A stretch of 64,000 bases of DNA from a virus. The stretch's first letter is position 1; the number at the start of each line of letters is the position of its first letter. Positions 1-11,030 of this stretch are shown piece by piece. Below the pieces are notes generated by a model. It saw nothing but the letters and a program-made list of their open reading frames with translations. It was not told the DNA's origin and searched no databases. Both the position numbers and the translations under genes were made by a program. The stretch lies in IMG/VR virus record IMGVR_UViG_3300044858_003398. One strand, 5' to 3'.

Positions 1-67
1 ATCCAGAGAGTGTTGGCGAAGCAGCATACGCAATTGGATGCAATGGAAGGGACCATAAGGTTATTTA

Positions 68-1200
68 ATGAACGCTAAACAATTGAGAGAAATTGTTGAT
101 GAATCACATATCTCTTCTCATAAAGCTTTGAAGCAGTCTATTTGTCGAAGACTTGAGACAGCCGCAGTTAATGGGCACTACGCGATCACTTTCGACCCAA
201 AGTCTTTTGACGGCCCTTTTCTTTTACCGGAAACTGCCAGAAAACAGTTCTTGGATGAGTTGACAAAAGAAGGATTTGAGATAGAATGTGAAACACGATG
301 GTGGAAAAGGAAGACAATCAAGATTTCTTGGGAAAATTCATAAGGGGAAGCTATGACTCTATCAGAACTTGTTCAATCATTGGGTGTAGAAAGATTTAAG
401 GCTCAGCTTATTACTGAACTAAAAATCTTAGCCGAACAAAATCCAGACCATCAGTATGTGACTCACGAACAGCTCGCACTGTCACCCAATCTCCGTCCAA
501 GCTGTTCTTATAACTGTGGTCCTAGATATTGGAATATGGGGGAGTATGCTGCATGTCCTAATTCTACTGAGGAGCAGAACAAAGGCTGCATATTTGGTCG
601 TGCTTTGCGAGCTATGGGGGTCGAGTTGGGCGAACAGCATTCGAATATTGAATATATCCTAAATACTGCCAATGTTGGGAATAGATTTGCTGCGGCTTGC
701 TTAGAGATTCAGGCAGGGCAGGACACTGGATCGAGGTGGGGAGAACTGGACATCTGTTCATTAGACAGATTTGTAGAAATCCCCTCTTGACAGCTAGCGA
801 AGCTAGCATATGATGAAAGAGAGAAGAGATGATGTCTAGGACATACGTAACAACTATAGAGTTAATGAAGCTGTATTGTAAGGCTGAGTATAAATGGGCA
901 GTCTTCTTCTCCGGACTTAACTCTGGCGAGCCATTCCATTCAGACCCAGAAGGATGGGACGCATACATAAAAGAACGCAAGAAAGCTCTTATCTTTTTAG
1001 ATCCATCAGATGATAGCTATATGCAGGTTTTGATGGATGGCGAGGGCTTTTGTATATTTGACTCAGAAGACGAGATGAGATCTTTCTACGATATGATTGT
1101 TGGAGACGATGGTCCCACCAAATCAAATCCATACAATGGACCAATTCGAGTGTATGCACTAACGTGCGGCCCGAATGGGTTGATGAATGAGAACACCTGA
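68..1200 (+). CDS. Three small hypothetical phage proteins (68-343, 353-790, 829-1200)
   Basis: Tandem same-strand ORFs with plausible starts; no recognisable motifs. Confidence 0.7.
787..814 (+). promoter_or_regulatory. Sigma70-type promoter with palindromic spacer
   Basis: TTGACA (787-792), 16 nt spacer containing GCTAGC-GAA-GCTAGC, then TATGAT (809-814); ATG at 829. Confidence 0.75.
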
Positions 1201-1283
1201 TCTGGATACCTCCACTGTTCCACTAAGAGTTCATACGTGTAGACACGTTGGCTGGAATCAATTAGAATGAGACCACTTATCTT

Positions 1284-1356
1284 GCGATAGTAACTCAGTG
1301 GTTAGAGTTCCATTCTTATAAAGTGGCGGTCGAGAGTTCGAATCTCTCCTATCGCA
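1284..1356 (+). tRNA. tRNA-Ile (anticodon UAU)
   Basis: Acceptor GCGATAG/CTATCGC; D-arm ACTC..GAGT; anticodon stem CCATT/AGTGG with loop CTTATAA; T-arm GAGAG-TTCGAAT-CTCTC. Confidence 0.92.
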
Positions 1357-1445
1357 CTTACCAAAAGTAATAACTCGTATTTGCAGCACTATGTGGCAAA
1401 GCCTGATATCGGGCGTAACCATCGAAAGCACCATAGGAAAACGAT

Positions 1446-2692
1446 ATGACCCCACTAACTGTCACCATCTTATACCTAGTTATAATGATGGCTCTAATCT
1501 TTCTATCAGCTATAGTAGCTTCCTTTCAAGAGAAATGGCGAGACAGAGAAAGTCTAGTATTAATTGGATTGACTCTATCTATTATATGGCCTATAGGCTT
1601 GGTAGTAGCAATAGTCCTAGCAATGGTTCACGTTCTGATAAGTTTCACTCACTATCTGCATAATAGGACCATAGAATGAAGCCTGAAGATCAAGAGTGGT
1701 ACTCAAACGCACTAGAGGTACTATCTCCACTTCGATTCCACTTATTCGTACTTATTCAAGACATTGAAAATAAGCAGAGGTGGTCTAAGGCTGCAGGACT
1801 CCCATTCGGAATAGCTGGCTTAGAGGCGGCTAAATCCGCAGCAGGCGATGCAGAATTATTCTTTACTGGCTCCAGAGGAATTTACGAGGCGAAGCCATGA
1901 ACGAACTCGATGAAGTCCCAATGACTGGAACTCCCGACAACGATTATACCTTTGGCGATTATGTCTGCCGATGCCACAGATGTGGAGCCGACTATTATGG
2001 TCCAGATGGATTATTAGTGTGTCACGAGTGCTTTATAGATGTTATGGGCAAACCTGATAGTAACTGTTCACTATGGGTAATGCTATACCTATTTGGTTTA
2101 GGTTTGGCGGTATGGTCGATTTATCAATTAATATAGGAGAGAACATGACTTCGTCTATCAAGCACCTAATAGGTGCCTTACTCGTAATCTTCGGTATTTG
2201 TTTCGGTCTTTATATCGGAATTTGGTGGGGCTTTGTCGGCGGGATTATAGCTACCGTAGAAGCCTTTAAGGCTCCAGAGATTATTGCGTCTGATGTAGCT
2301 GCGGCCCTTGTCCGCATCTTCTTCTGTCAATTCCTCGGGCTCATTGCTGGACTTATCTTTTATCTGCCCGGATATATGCTGTTAGAAAGCAAATGATGGA
2401 ACTCCCCATAGAGGTAGTATTACATGTTCTCAAGCGGGGACTGACCCCAGAAGAGTCTACCAAACTTCTGGTAGACTACAGCGATATTCGAGCAAAATTG
2501 CTTGACAGGGACAGAAAGATCGCTAGAATAAGGAAAACTGCCGCAGAAGATGTTAAGAAGCTAGAGAGCGAAATCCTCTGCGGTCACGAAGTGACCAAGT
2601 ATCATGGCGATCCTTCTGGCGGATCAGATTCGCATGAAGAATGCCTGATCTGTGGAGAGATCGTTCAAGATAAACCATATAGGCGAAGCTAA
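1446..2692 (+). CDS. Run of small hypothetical or membrane proteins (1446-1679, 1676-1900, 1897-2136, 2145-2396, 2393-2692)
   Basis: Overlapping ATGA junctions; hydrophobic segments in 1446-1679 and 2145-2396; CxxC pairs in 1897-2136. Confidence 0.7.
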
Positions 2693-2910
2693 TGAGTGAC
2701 ATAGATATATCTTCGATTGTTTTGTGTGTATGCCCACTCTGCGGGGCGACAGCCAACATTTATGAAGGGTTTGACATTGATTGCGAGTCTAAGACCGCTA
2801 CGATTGAATGCACCAAGTGCCCTATTATGTTTGGCCCTATGTATCCTGACACAAAGCATGATGTAGTGAGGATGATCGAGAGATGGAATAAGCGGAATGG
2901 TGACAATTAA
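2692..2910 (+). CDS. Lar-like (restriction alleviation) zinc-ribbon protein
   Basis: CPLCG...CTKC...ERWNKR pattern typical of Lar-family proteins. Confidence 0.55.
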   Translation: MSDIDISSIVLCVCPLCGATANIYEGFDIDCESKTATIECTKCPIMFGPMYPDTKHDVVRMIERWNKRNGDN

Positions 2911-3063
2911 AGTTTCTGGGAAGTGGGAAATAGTCTGTAAAATAGAACATTTGGTATGGATAGCTATCATACTGGAAGACTCTCCCTCAGTAACAGAGTT
3001 TGAAGTCTGGCAAGCTGGGTGTAGGCTTGATAAGAATAAGGCTGGCTATTGCGGATTCAGTAA

Positions 3064-3504
3064 GTGGAAACAATGACAACATTAAAGAGTATATATCATC
3101 ACCCGATGTGTCCCCGCTTCTTCTTTAAAAAGTATGATGGCGGCAAAGATTCTGGGGTAGTCGGTCGGTTCTTGGTCGAATGGAAGCCTTTCTTCTCAAT
3201 TGGCTTGCTCCACTTCCGCAACGGAAGCAGAAAAAACTATCACTCTCACGCCTTCAATGCCATAAGCTGGTTCATTTGGGGCAGTGTTACAGAAGAACAC
3301 CTCAAGAGCGACTCCAAAGAGTTCAGGGCTTCGCTCATTCCCAAGATCACAAAAAGAGATTGTTTTCATCGAGTAATCTCACACGGAGACACTTGGTGTG
3401 TTACAATTCGGGGACCTTGGACCCCAACTTGGTGGGAATATAGGCCAGATACGAACACGTTCATAGAACTAACACACGGAAGAAAAGAGGCTAAAGCCCC
3501 TTGA
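3064..3504 (+). CDS. Cupin-fold phage protein
   Basis: HSHAF...GSVTEE...FHRV...TIRGP cupin metal-binding pattern. Confidence 0.6.
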   Translation: METMTTLKSIYHHPMCPRFFFKKYDGGKDSGVVGRFLVEWKPFFSIGLLHFRNGSRKNYHSHAFNAISWFIWGSVTEEHLKSDSKEFRASLIPKITKRDCFHRVISHGDTWCVTIRGPWTPTWWEYRPDTNTFIELTHGRKEAKAP

Positions 3505-3528
3505 CAGACGACAAAGTCGTCATACAAT
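3501..3528 (+). promoter_or_regulatory. Sigma70-type promoter upstream of the RNA ligase, palindromic spacer
   Basis: TTGACA, 16 nt spacer containing GACGAC-AAA-GTCGTC, then TACAAT. Confidence 0.75.
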
Positions 3529-3570
3529 GTGTGAAACAGTCCAAATCCTTGTCGGTGAGCGGAGCGAACC

Positions 3571-4416
3571 ATGTTTGTTGCATACTCTTCAATTGAAAAT
3601 TCCTACAGAGACAAATTTGTGGCATCAATAAGGGAGGCCGGTCTCGACAAAGTTGAGTGGGTCGCACTTGAGAAAGTTCACGGGTGCAACTTTGGGTTTT
3701 GGCCAATCGACGGAGCCGTAAAGCCTAGCCAGAGAACTCAGTTTACTGATGGCAACTTCTACGGGTCTGGTCCAATAGTGGAAGAGCTAACGCCTAGGGT
3801 GCTTGCTTTGGGTAAGACCGTGTATGGGGAATTGTTTGGGCAGGGCATCCAGAAGGGCGTCAATTACGGTAAAAAGAGATTTGCCGCCTTTGATATCTGG
3901 GATAATGGATTCTTGAACTATGACGACTTCGTCACACTATGTGATAAGTTTGACATAGCAAGGTGTGCCGAGATTGCCAGAGGATCATTTGGTGATCTAC
4001 TCTCTATCGATCCTGCCTTTCCCACCAAGATGAGCGACTGTGGAGCTACCGACATAGCTGAAGGTTTCGTAATGAAGCCTGTAGTTGAAGCCTCTACTGA
4101 GTTTGGTCGGGCAATCCTTAAGAAGAAGTCTGCCAAATTCTTGGAGAAAGCGGTAAAAGAGAAGTCTAACAAGCCGACTCTGTCTGACGAGCAGAATGAG
4201 GTTCTCTCTGTATGCCTCTCTTACCTTTGCCCCAATCGGGTGTCTTCAGCCGTTTCAAAACATGGCGAGAAATTCCCAATCATCTTGAAAGAAGTGGTTG
4301 CGGATATCATCAAAGAGGTTACAATTGACGGAGTTGAAGTGGATAAGCTGGTGATGAACGAGCTTAACTCTGCTACAGCTAAGTGTATTAGAGCAGAACT
4401 ATTCCCTAATCAATAA
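3571..4416 (+). CDS. rnl2: RNA ligase, Rnl2 family
   Basis: Motif I EKVHGCNF, III YGELFG, IIIa FAAFDI, IV AEGFVMKP, V ILKKK. Confidence 0.9.
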   Translation: MFVAYSSIENSYRDKFVASIREAGLDKVEWVALEKVHGCNFGFWPIDGAVKPSQRTQFTDGNFYGSGPIVEELTPRVLALGKTVYGELFGQGIQKGVNYGKKRFAAFDIWDNGFLNYDDFVTLCDKFDIARCAEIARGSFGDLLSIDPAFPTKMSDCGATDIAEGFVMKPVVEASTEFGRAILKKKSAKFLEKAVKEKSNKPTLSDEQNEVLSVCLSYLCPNRVSSAVSKHGEKFPIILKEVVADIIKEVTIDGVEVDKLVMNELNSATAKCIRAELFPNQ

Positions 4417-4426
4417 AGGCAAAGCT

Positions 4427-5500
4427 ATGAGTTTTCCTACACTGCACAAGATTGACTCAAAAGGAAAAATCCGGGTATGGTGTGTGACCGTTAGCGGTCC
4501 CACCTACTCAGTATCTCACGGACTCCTGAATGGGGCTCTACAAGAGACTCTAGTGATTTGCGAGCCTAAGAACGTTGGCAGGTCCAATGAGACGACCGGG
4601 GAATCTCAGGCTATTTCAGAGGCCCAAGGCCTCTGGAATAAGCAGAAGGATCGGAAGGGGTACACGGTGGAGATTCCTACAGAAGCTCCCAATCTGCCAA
4701 TGCTCGCCCACAAATACAAAGACCACATGAAAAAGGTGAAGTGGCCCTGTATTGCAGTTCAGAAGATAGATGGTTTGAGATTGATACTCACAATTAAAGA
4801 TGGTAAGGTTACTACCACGAGTAGGACTGGTACTACTTTTACTGGATTAGACCATATCACCAGTGAGTATGCTGGATTTGACGATATCGTCCTAGATGGG
4901 GAACTGTACAGCCGTACACTCACCTTTGAGCAGATTTCCTCAGTAGTTCGTAAGGGTGATGTGAATGATCCTAGGATGGGGAGCATCTTCTTCTATGCCT
5001 TCGATATTATCAATGAGGATACCTACCATCAAAGGGTTATCTATCTGGACACTCTCGTGAGTGGGCTCGCCCATACCGAAGTAGTCCCGTGGTACTTGGT
5101 GAACTCCCATGAGGAGATTGAAACTAAGCATAAGCAGTTCCTAGCTGAAGGCTGGGAAGGCACTATGGTGAGGAATATCGACTCCCTCTATCAGAAGAAT
5201 AAGAGGTCTTACGACCTGTTGAAGCACAAATCCTTCGACGATAAAGAATTCGAGATAATCGGATGCAGGTCTGGCGTTGGCAAATTTGAGAACGTACCAA
5301 TATTTGAATTAAAAACGGACGAAGGGTTTAAGTTTGAGGCTGTCCCAAAAGGAGACGAAGCCAGTAGGTCAGAATATTTAGAGAATGCAGATAGCTATAT
5401 TGGTAAATTTGCGACTGTTAAATTCTTTGGATTTACTAATACAGACAGTCCGGTTCCACGCTTCCCAGTAATAACCAATATAGACAGAGCGGGTACATAG
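4427..5500 (+). CDS. ATP-dependent DNA ligase
   Basis: QKIDGLR adenylation motif, LDGELY, YAFDI, EGTMVR, LLKHK; C-terminal OB fold ending PRFP. Confidence 0.92.
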   Translation: MSFPTLHKIDSKGKIRVWCVTVSGPTYSVSHGLLNGALQETLVICEPKNVGRSNETTGESQAISEAQGLWNKQKDRKGYTVEIPTEAPNLPMLAHKYKDHMKKVKWPCIAVQKIDGLRLILTIKDGKVTTTSRTGTTFTGLDHITSEYAGFDDIVLDGELYSRTLTFEQISSVVRKGDVNDPRMGSIFFYAFDIINEDTYHQRVIYLDTLVSGLAHTEVVPWYLVNSHEEIETKHKQFLAEGWEGTMVRNIDSLYQKNKRSYDLLKHKSFDDKEFEIIGCRSGVGKFENVPIFELKTDEGFKFEAVPKGDEASRSEYLENADSYIGKFATVKFFGFTNTDSPVPRFPVITNIDRAGT

Positions 5501-5501
5501 A

Positions 5502-6236
5502 CTATAGTGGCTGATTAACTGAGTCGAGAAAAGCCTGTATATCTGGAGTAAGTTCAATCCTGTTGCCCTTGGAGAGGTTTTGGTTTGACCACATTGGTTG
5601 TAGGTTACTTAAGCTCCAACAGGCGATAAACGCTGGATGATCATATGAGTCAAATTTGAAGTACGACTGAGGTATCACATGGTCAATATGCCAGCCACCC
5701 TTTCCGTAGTTCTGCCAACTCATGCCGTCTGTAAATTTGGATTCAAGATGATCCATCAGTTCTTTTGGGGTGTAGGGGATTAAGTCTTGCCAGCTATGTC
5801 CGAATTTATTTTTCCTTAATCCTCTCCAAATAGCATATGACATATTCATCTTGATTCTATAGTGCGGACTTGTCGCTCTTAATTCCTTCATATAGTCTCT
5901 AAAATATTTGTTTATTTTATCTTTGTTATTACTTAGATATTTCTTCTTCCACTCATCTGATCTTTCTTTGTTGTTCTCTTTCCAGAGCTTGGCTTTTTTG
6001 ATATAAAATTCTGGATTCTGTCTATACTTCTCTTTGCTGCTTTCGCTTTGTTTCTCTTTATTCTTACTGTAATATCTGTCACGACTTTTTCTGGCCATCT
6101 CAATTCGTTCTGGTCGACTGGCTTCTTCTTTCAGACAAGATTTACATCGCGAGGCTCTTCCTAACTTACCCTGTTTTGCAGCATAAAAATTGTTAATGTC
6201 TTGCTCGATAAGGCATTTTTTACATATTTTATTCAT
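5502..6236 (-). mobile_element. Free-standing HNH homing endonuclease gene
   Basis: N-terminal CKKC/CKSC, basic helical linker, WHIDHVIP...NLQPMW..QNLSKGN; antisense, AT-rich insert. Confidence 0.85.
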
Positions 6237-6252
6237 CTAACCTATCTCCTAA

Positions 6253-6534
6253 TTGATACAGAATAACCCCCGTCACTATATAATACGCGTTAAAGACTTC
6301 ATGGATGATGAATCCGGTAAAGGAAAATTTGAGAATGTGCCGACTTTTCTTTTACGGTGCGATGGTGGCGAGTTTGAAGCTGTTCCAAAAGGCGATCAGA
6401 GTCTCCGAGAGGATTATCTTCGAAATGCAGAATCTTATATTGGATCTCTTGCAACTGTGAGATTCTTCGAGTATACTGCCGATGGTATTCCACGCTTTCC
6501 TGTCCTTATTGACTTCAGATCGGATGGAATATGA
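6253..6534 (+). pseudogene. Orphan second copy of the DNA ligase C-terminal OB domain
   Basis: GKFENVP..FEAVPKGD..R..YL.NA.SYIG..ATV.FF..T...PRFPV aligns with the last ~80 aa of 4427-5500. Confidence 0.85.
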
Positions 6535-6815
6535 GAGTACTCCTGTTAGTCGTACTACTTTGTGGTTGCGAAGAGATTCGTCGTAATGGTAGACCGGGTG
6601 ATACTGGCTATGTCGCTCCTGAATACGTGAAGGTCAAGGTCATTGAGTTTGAGCCAGATTTGGTTATTGAAGTAGCCGGTGAGGCAATTATACGAAATGC
6701 CTATTCCGTGGTTGAGGATGAGAACGGCAGGAGATACCGTGTGGTGGGCAAAATTGGCCCAATCGGCGATACTTTCAAGATGGATGTGTCTTTGATGGAG
6801 GAGATTGGCTCATGA
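6531..6815 (+). CDS. Putative lipoprotein
   Basis: MRVLLLVVLLCGC signal peptide with lipobox-like cysteine. Confidence 0.5.
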   Translation: MRVLLLVVLLCGCEEIRRNGRPGDTGYVAPEYVKVKVIEFEPDLVIEVAGEAIIRNAYSVVEDENGRRYRVVGKIGPIGDTFKMDVSLMEEIGS

Positions 6816-7397
6816 GTACAAGCATTAGTGATCTAGTTCCGGGCCAGTTCTTTGAGTTCAGATCTCCCGGATATTGTTTCCGCAAATGTATGTTTGTGGG
6901 AGTTGACGAGTACGGGGCGGTAAACTTCTTGCATAAGACTGCTGGCGGTGACAGGTTCCTCCTTAATAACCTACCATCTGATTATGACCCTATGGTGGAG
7001 ATTAATCTTCCACAGGATTGGACCTATAGCGGCAACAGTTACTAGTAATCAATCTTTATGGAGCTTTAACTTGGGCTACTACACCAAATATAAACTAGAA
7101 GAGCCAGACGTAGGCAGAGAATTGGGCTGGGAAATTGTCGAACAAATGGAGAGGTATGATACAGACTATGGGAAGCTTTCCAAATTCATCGGGGGATTCG
7201 GAGAATCCATAAAATGGTATGATCACGAAAGTGAGATGAAGGCATTCTCTAAGAGGTTTCCAGATGTAGTATTCACACTTCATGGTGAAGGCGAAGAATC
7301 TGGCGATCTTTGGGTTAAGTACTTCAAAGATGGTAAGATGCATAGGGTAGATGCGGTAATTAGCTACGCTCCATTTGATGAAGGACAACTTAAATGA
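6812..7397 (+). CDS. Two hypothetical proteins (6812-7045; about 7071-7397, TTG start MGYYTKY)
   Basis: Tandem ORFs; GGAG upstream of TTG 7071. Confidence 0.6.
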
Positions 7398-7431
7398 AAG
7401 ATCTAATCGATTTTGAAATAAGGCGAAGCCT

Positions 7432-7905
7432 ATGATCGGGATTTACTCCAAAGACATGACTAGGATTATTGGCTATACTATCAAGCGATATAGGCTCAAT
7501 TTTCCTGATGATATGCTTAGGGAAGATCTTGAGCAGGAAGTAGCCATAGGCCTATTAAAAGTCCCTCATGAGATTACCGCTGGAGACATTATTAGGCACG
7601 TCCTATGGGCAAGAGTACGAATCTGGAAAGACGCTATATCCCGACAACACAACCCGACTGAAGGAAAAGGCTTTTTGCCGTCAGAAGAGTCCATTTACGC
7701 CAAAGAGTCGGTAAAAAAGATAGTGGCAATTGAGAAGCTCACAGAACAAGAAAAAAACTTCCTGAAATGTAGGGCCGAAGGCCTTGACTCTCGGGAGATT
7801 ATGGATAAAATAGGCCTGAAGACGCGACAAAGACTTGAACAGATCAAGAGGGTCGCCTTCAACAAAGTTCGAGAACACTGTGCTGACGCAAAATACTGGA
7901 GTTGA
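7432..7905 (+). CDS. Sigma-70/ECF-like sigma factor or region-4 HTH protein
   Basis: Region-2-like EDLEQEVAIGLLK; region-4-like LTEQEK...GLDSREIMDKIGL.TRQRLEQIKRVAFNKVR. Confidence 0.65.
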   Translation: MIGIYSKDMTRIIGYTIKRYRLNFPDDMLREDLEQEVAIGLLKVPHEITAGDIIRHVLWARVRIWKDAISRQHNPTEGKGFLPSEESIYAKESVKKIVAIEKLTEQEKNFLKCRAEGLDSREIMDKIGLKTRQRLEQIKRVAFNKVREHCADAKYWS

Positions 7906-8544
7906 ATATGACAGCCGCTACATATTTCCTTGGTTCGTGTATCTTGATTCACGCAATTCTTAACTTCATTCGAAGTTACATGTGGTACGTAAAATGAGCA
8001 AACCATTTCTCGAACAGCTTGAGTCTTGGATCGATCTGGAAGACTTTGTCGAACTAGAACGATGCGAGTTCAAAGTAGCAGAGATGCTCAAGAATTATGG
8101 TCGTGTAGTTGCCGAAATGGAAGAGGATAAATCCTCCTTTTTGTGGCAAGACTCGATGGCCTTAGCTGTTCACAAAGAGCTTAAAAGGCTCAAAGCCTTG
8201 GTTAAGCGTGTTGATATCCTCTACAAGAAGAAAGCAAAACATGATTCCGCAAAATTACGAGATCAGAACCCAGAAGAGAGCAGACATTGAGGGAGACGAG
8301 TATGAGCACTTCAATGTGTACTGTGATGGAGAATATGTTTTTTCTGCTTTCTCTCGTAAGCAGGCAGAGAATCTCATCAGTAAAAGAGAAGATGCCCTAC
8401 AGCAGGCCAAAAATGAGTTTGCTGCCGCCGCATTCTTATATCTTCATAAGGACTCTTCCTATCTGAAGTATCCTATGACGAGTGCGAGATCTGGGATGGG
8501 CCGAAAGGGCTAAACTCTTCCGTTACAACAGCATGGAGCGAATT

Positions 8545-8736
8545 ATGGCGGCAGTCTTTCGTGAATATTCCAGAGTAGAGTTCATTCAGGTGCTCCGGTC
8601 TAACGGGTATGAGTCATCCAGACATGGGAAGCATGAGATCTTCTCTAATGGGGAAAAGCATGTCCCTATTCCTCATGACCGGAGGCTTAGTAAGATGTTG
8701 ACTAAGCGGATTATCAAGGAGCTTGGCCTGAACTGA
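8545..8736 (+). CDS. HicA-like mRNA interferase
   Basis: EFIQVLRSNGY..RHGKHEIF....VPIPH......KRIIKELGL, the HicA dsRBD-like pattern with catalytic His; GGAG before ATG 8545. Confidence 0.75.
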   Translation: MAAVFREYSRVEFIQVLRSNGYESSRHGKHEIFSNGEKHVPIPHDRRLSKMLTKRIIKELGLN

Positions 8737-8779
8737 AGACCTTGGGCCGATCACCCCATCTCTTTTACCGGAACCAATC

Positions 8780-9145
8780 ATGACCAGAATCAATGTCGGC
8801 ATTCTGCCGGGAGAACTACCGGACAAGTTGCTCATAGCTGAGCATAGGGAAATCAAAAGAATCCCCAATGTTGTAAAATCTGGCAGATTCTCTCTTGCAA
8901 ATCAGCCAAAATCGTTTACACTTGGGACGGGGCATGTAAAGTTTTTTTATTCCCGGCTGCTTTTTCTTAAAGAGCGATATAAAGAACTTCATGACGAGTG
9001 TCTCTTCAGAGGCTTCAATGTACAGAACTACATTTCTGCATGGGACGATGTTCCGCATGAATATCTGGGGGATTACATTCCCACTCAACGTGATCGTAGT
9101 TTAATCCTTGAAAGAATAACTTCAAAGGGTCATCATCTTGTTTAA
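8780..9145 (+). CDS. denV: Pyrimidine dimer DNA glycosylase (endonuclease V)
   Basis: MTRIN...L.DK.L.AEHREIKRI...FTLGTGHVKFFY...RY..L..EC..RGF matches T4 DenV. Confidence 0.92.
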   Translation: MTRINVGILPGELPDKLLIAEHREIKRIPNVVKSGRFSLANQPKSFTLGTGHVKFFYSRLLFLKERYKELHDECLFRGFNVQNYISAWDDVPHEYLGDYIPTQRDRSLILERITSKGHHLV

Positions 9146-10846
9146 TTTCGGAGCATATGGTATGTCTATGAGTGTTGATGAACTTCGTGAACTTGGTTGC
9201 TGGGTCTACATTCATCATAACCGAGTTCGCAAGAACAAATGGGTTAATACTTCCCCAACGACTAAGGTTCTAAAAGAACTGGTATGGCCTAAAGGCGGAT
9301 CTACATCAGTAGATATCGTCCTGCCTAATGGAGAAGAGTACGTAGGAATTGCTAATTGTCTATCTACAGACAGCTATAACAAGAAGCTAGGAGTTGCTTA
9401 TGCTCTTGATAGAGCAATTAGTGCCATGCTCAAACGTAACATTTTTGAAAAATCCAAGGGGGTGAACCATGCTAATTCAGCAAATTAAGGAGACTGAGGC
9501 CTCTATAACCTCTGCGAAAGAGGCTCTTAAGGCCCTAGAATCTGCCATTGGTCCGATTATGGCTGCTCCCAAGGACTCAGTTTATCCCAAGGGGGAGCCT
9601 CTCCCTGAGGGTAGTTCTGAGGCTACTAAACTCATGAAAGAGCTTGACTATTCCATTTTTCTTCTGAGGCTCGACATTGAGTCTCTCACTTCAAGGATTC
9701 AACTATGAAGTCTATCGCTGTTGCATTGGTGTCTTTGGCTTGCGTCTATCATCTGATTACCGTAGGTAATCTTGAAAAAGAGTCTACTTTGCTTAAACAT
9801 GAAATGGCTCTCCATAAGGCCGAGGCAGATATCTTGCGTGATCAGATGACAGATATGACTTTTCAGTGGTCTTCTAAGAAGACCTATGAGGAAGGCGTTA
9901 TGGATGGAATCCATAACTCTAAGAGTCATGAATACATGGCGGGATATCATTTTGCCGTAGGTCAGCTCTTTGCTGTTCCAGAGGACTCAGTTACCAGTAC
10001 TGAAGCAAAACCATGAAATACCGCTGCATCAAAGAATCCCCAGACTATGCCGAGGATGGGGAAGTCGATATGTGTCGATGCGTTGAGGGCTACATCTATG
10101 ATGTTAGCGAGATCATCGACACAAAATTTGGCAAAATGCTTGTAATCTCGGGCGAGTGGCACCTAGCAGAATGCTTTGAGCAAATATGAACGATAACGAT
10201 CCATACTGTCCCGAATGCCATGGGAGACACAGGGGTAGCTGTGGTAGGTTGATCGCACAGCAGGTACGTATTAGTCCACAAGATTCGATTGAGTCTGTGA
10301 TCAAGAAGCTATCTGCTATACGACCGCATTCTGTTGTAATCTCATCATATGAAAACGATGAGACTAGAGGCGTAATAATCAACTTTGAGAACAAAACTTT
10401 TGGGTGCTATTAATGACGAAAGACGAGAAGTTTGAGATCCTTGATATGATTGAGGAAGTTCTCACAAGATGTGAGGAGTCTATTTACAAACCAGAGTCGG
10501 AGACTTATCATTCAGTTGTTAATCCTGAAAAGGCTCGGCAGGCAATTCGGGCTATAAAGGACAACCTTAACCTAAGTGGAGAACCATGAAATTGCTTGCA
10601 GCATTGATGGCTTTTGCCATCTGCGTCTCAGGTGAGGCTGGCGAAACCAGCATCACCACAAAATTTGGAAATGGGACCTTGACACGTCGTTCTGATGGTG
10701 ATAGAATCATCACACAGCCCTTCGGACGAGGAACCTTATCTCGGGAAACTTTTAAGAATGGCCGCAAGGCCGTTCACATTTCTCAGCCATTTGGGCGGGG
10801 AACCATCACGAGATCCTACGGATCTCTGAGAATTAGCCCTAAATAA
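9138..10846 (+). CDS. Run of small hypothetical proteins (9138-9488, 9469-9708, 9705-10016, about 10013-10189, 10186-10413, 10413-10589, 10586-10846)
   Basis: Overlapping tandem ORFs; the last has a signal peptide and three FG.GT..R repeats. Confidence 0.65.
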
Positions 10847-11030
10847 TAAGCCTAACGGCAAAGAATGGGCGTATAAGATCTTAGCGGATCTTTTACAACC
10901 TATAATAAGGGGGCTTTGCCCCACCAGATCTAAGGCTTGTGTCGAGTGCGAGAGGAATTCCTAACAGGGCATTGTGTCCCACTGGACTAATCTTGGTAGA
11001 CATAAGGGTAAGCTAGGTCTGGCTTTATAT

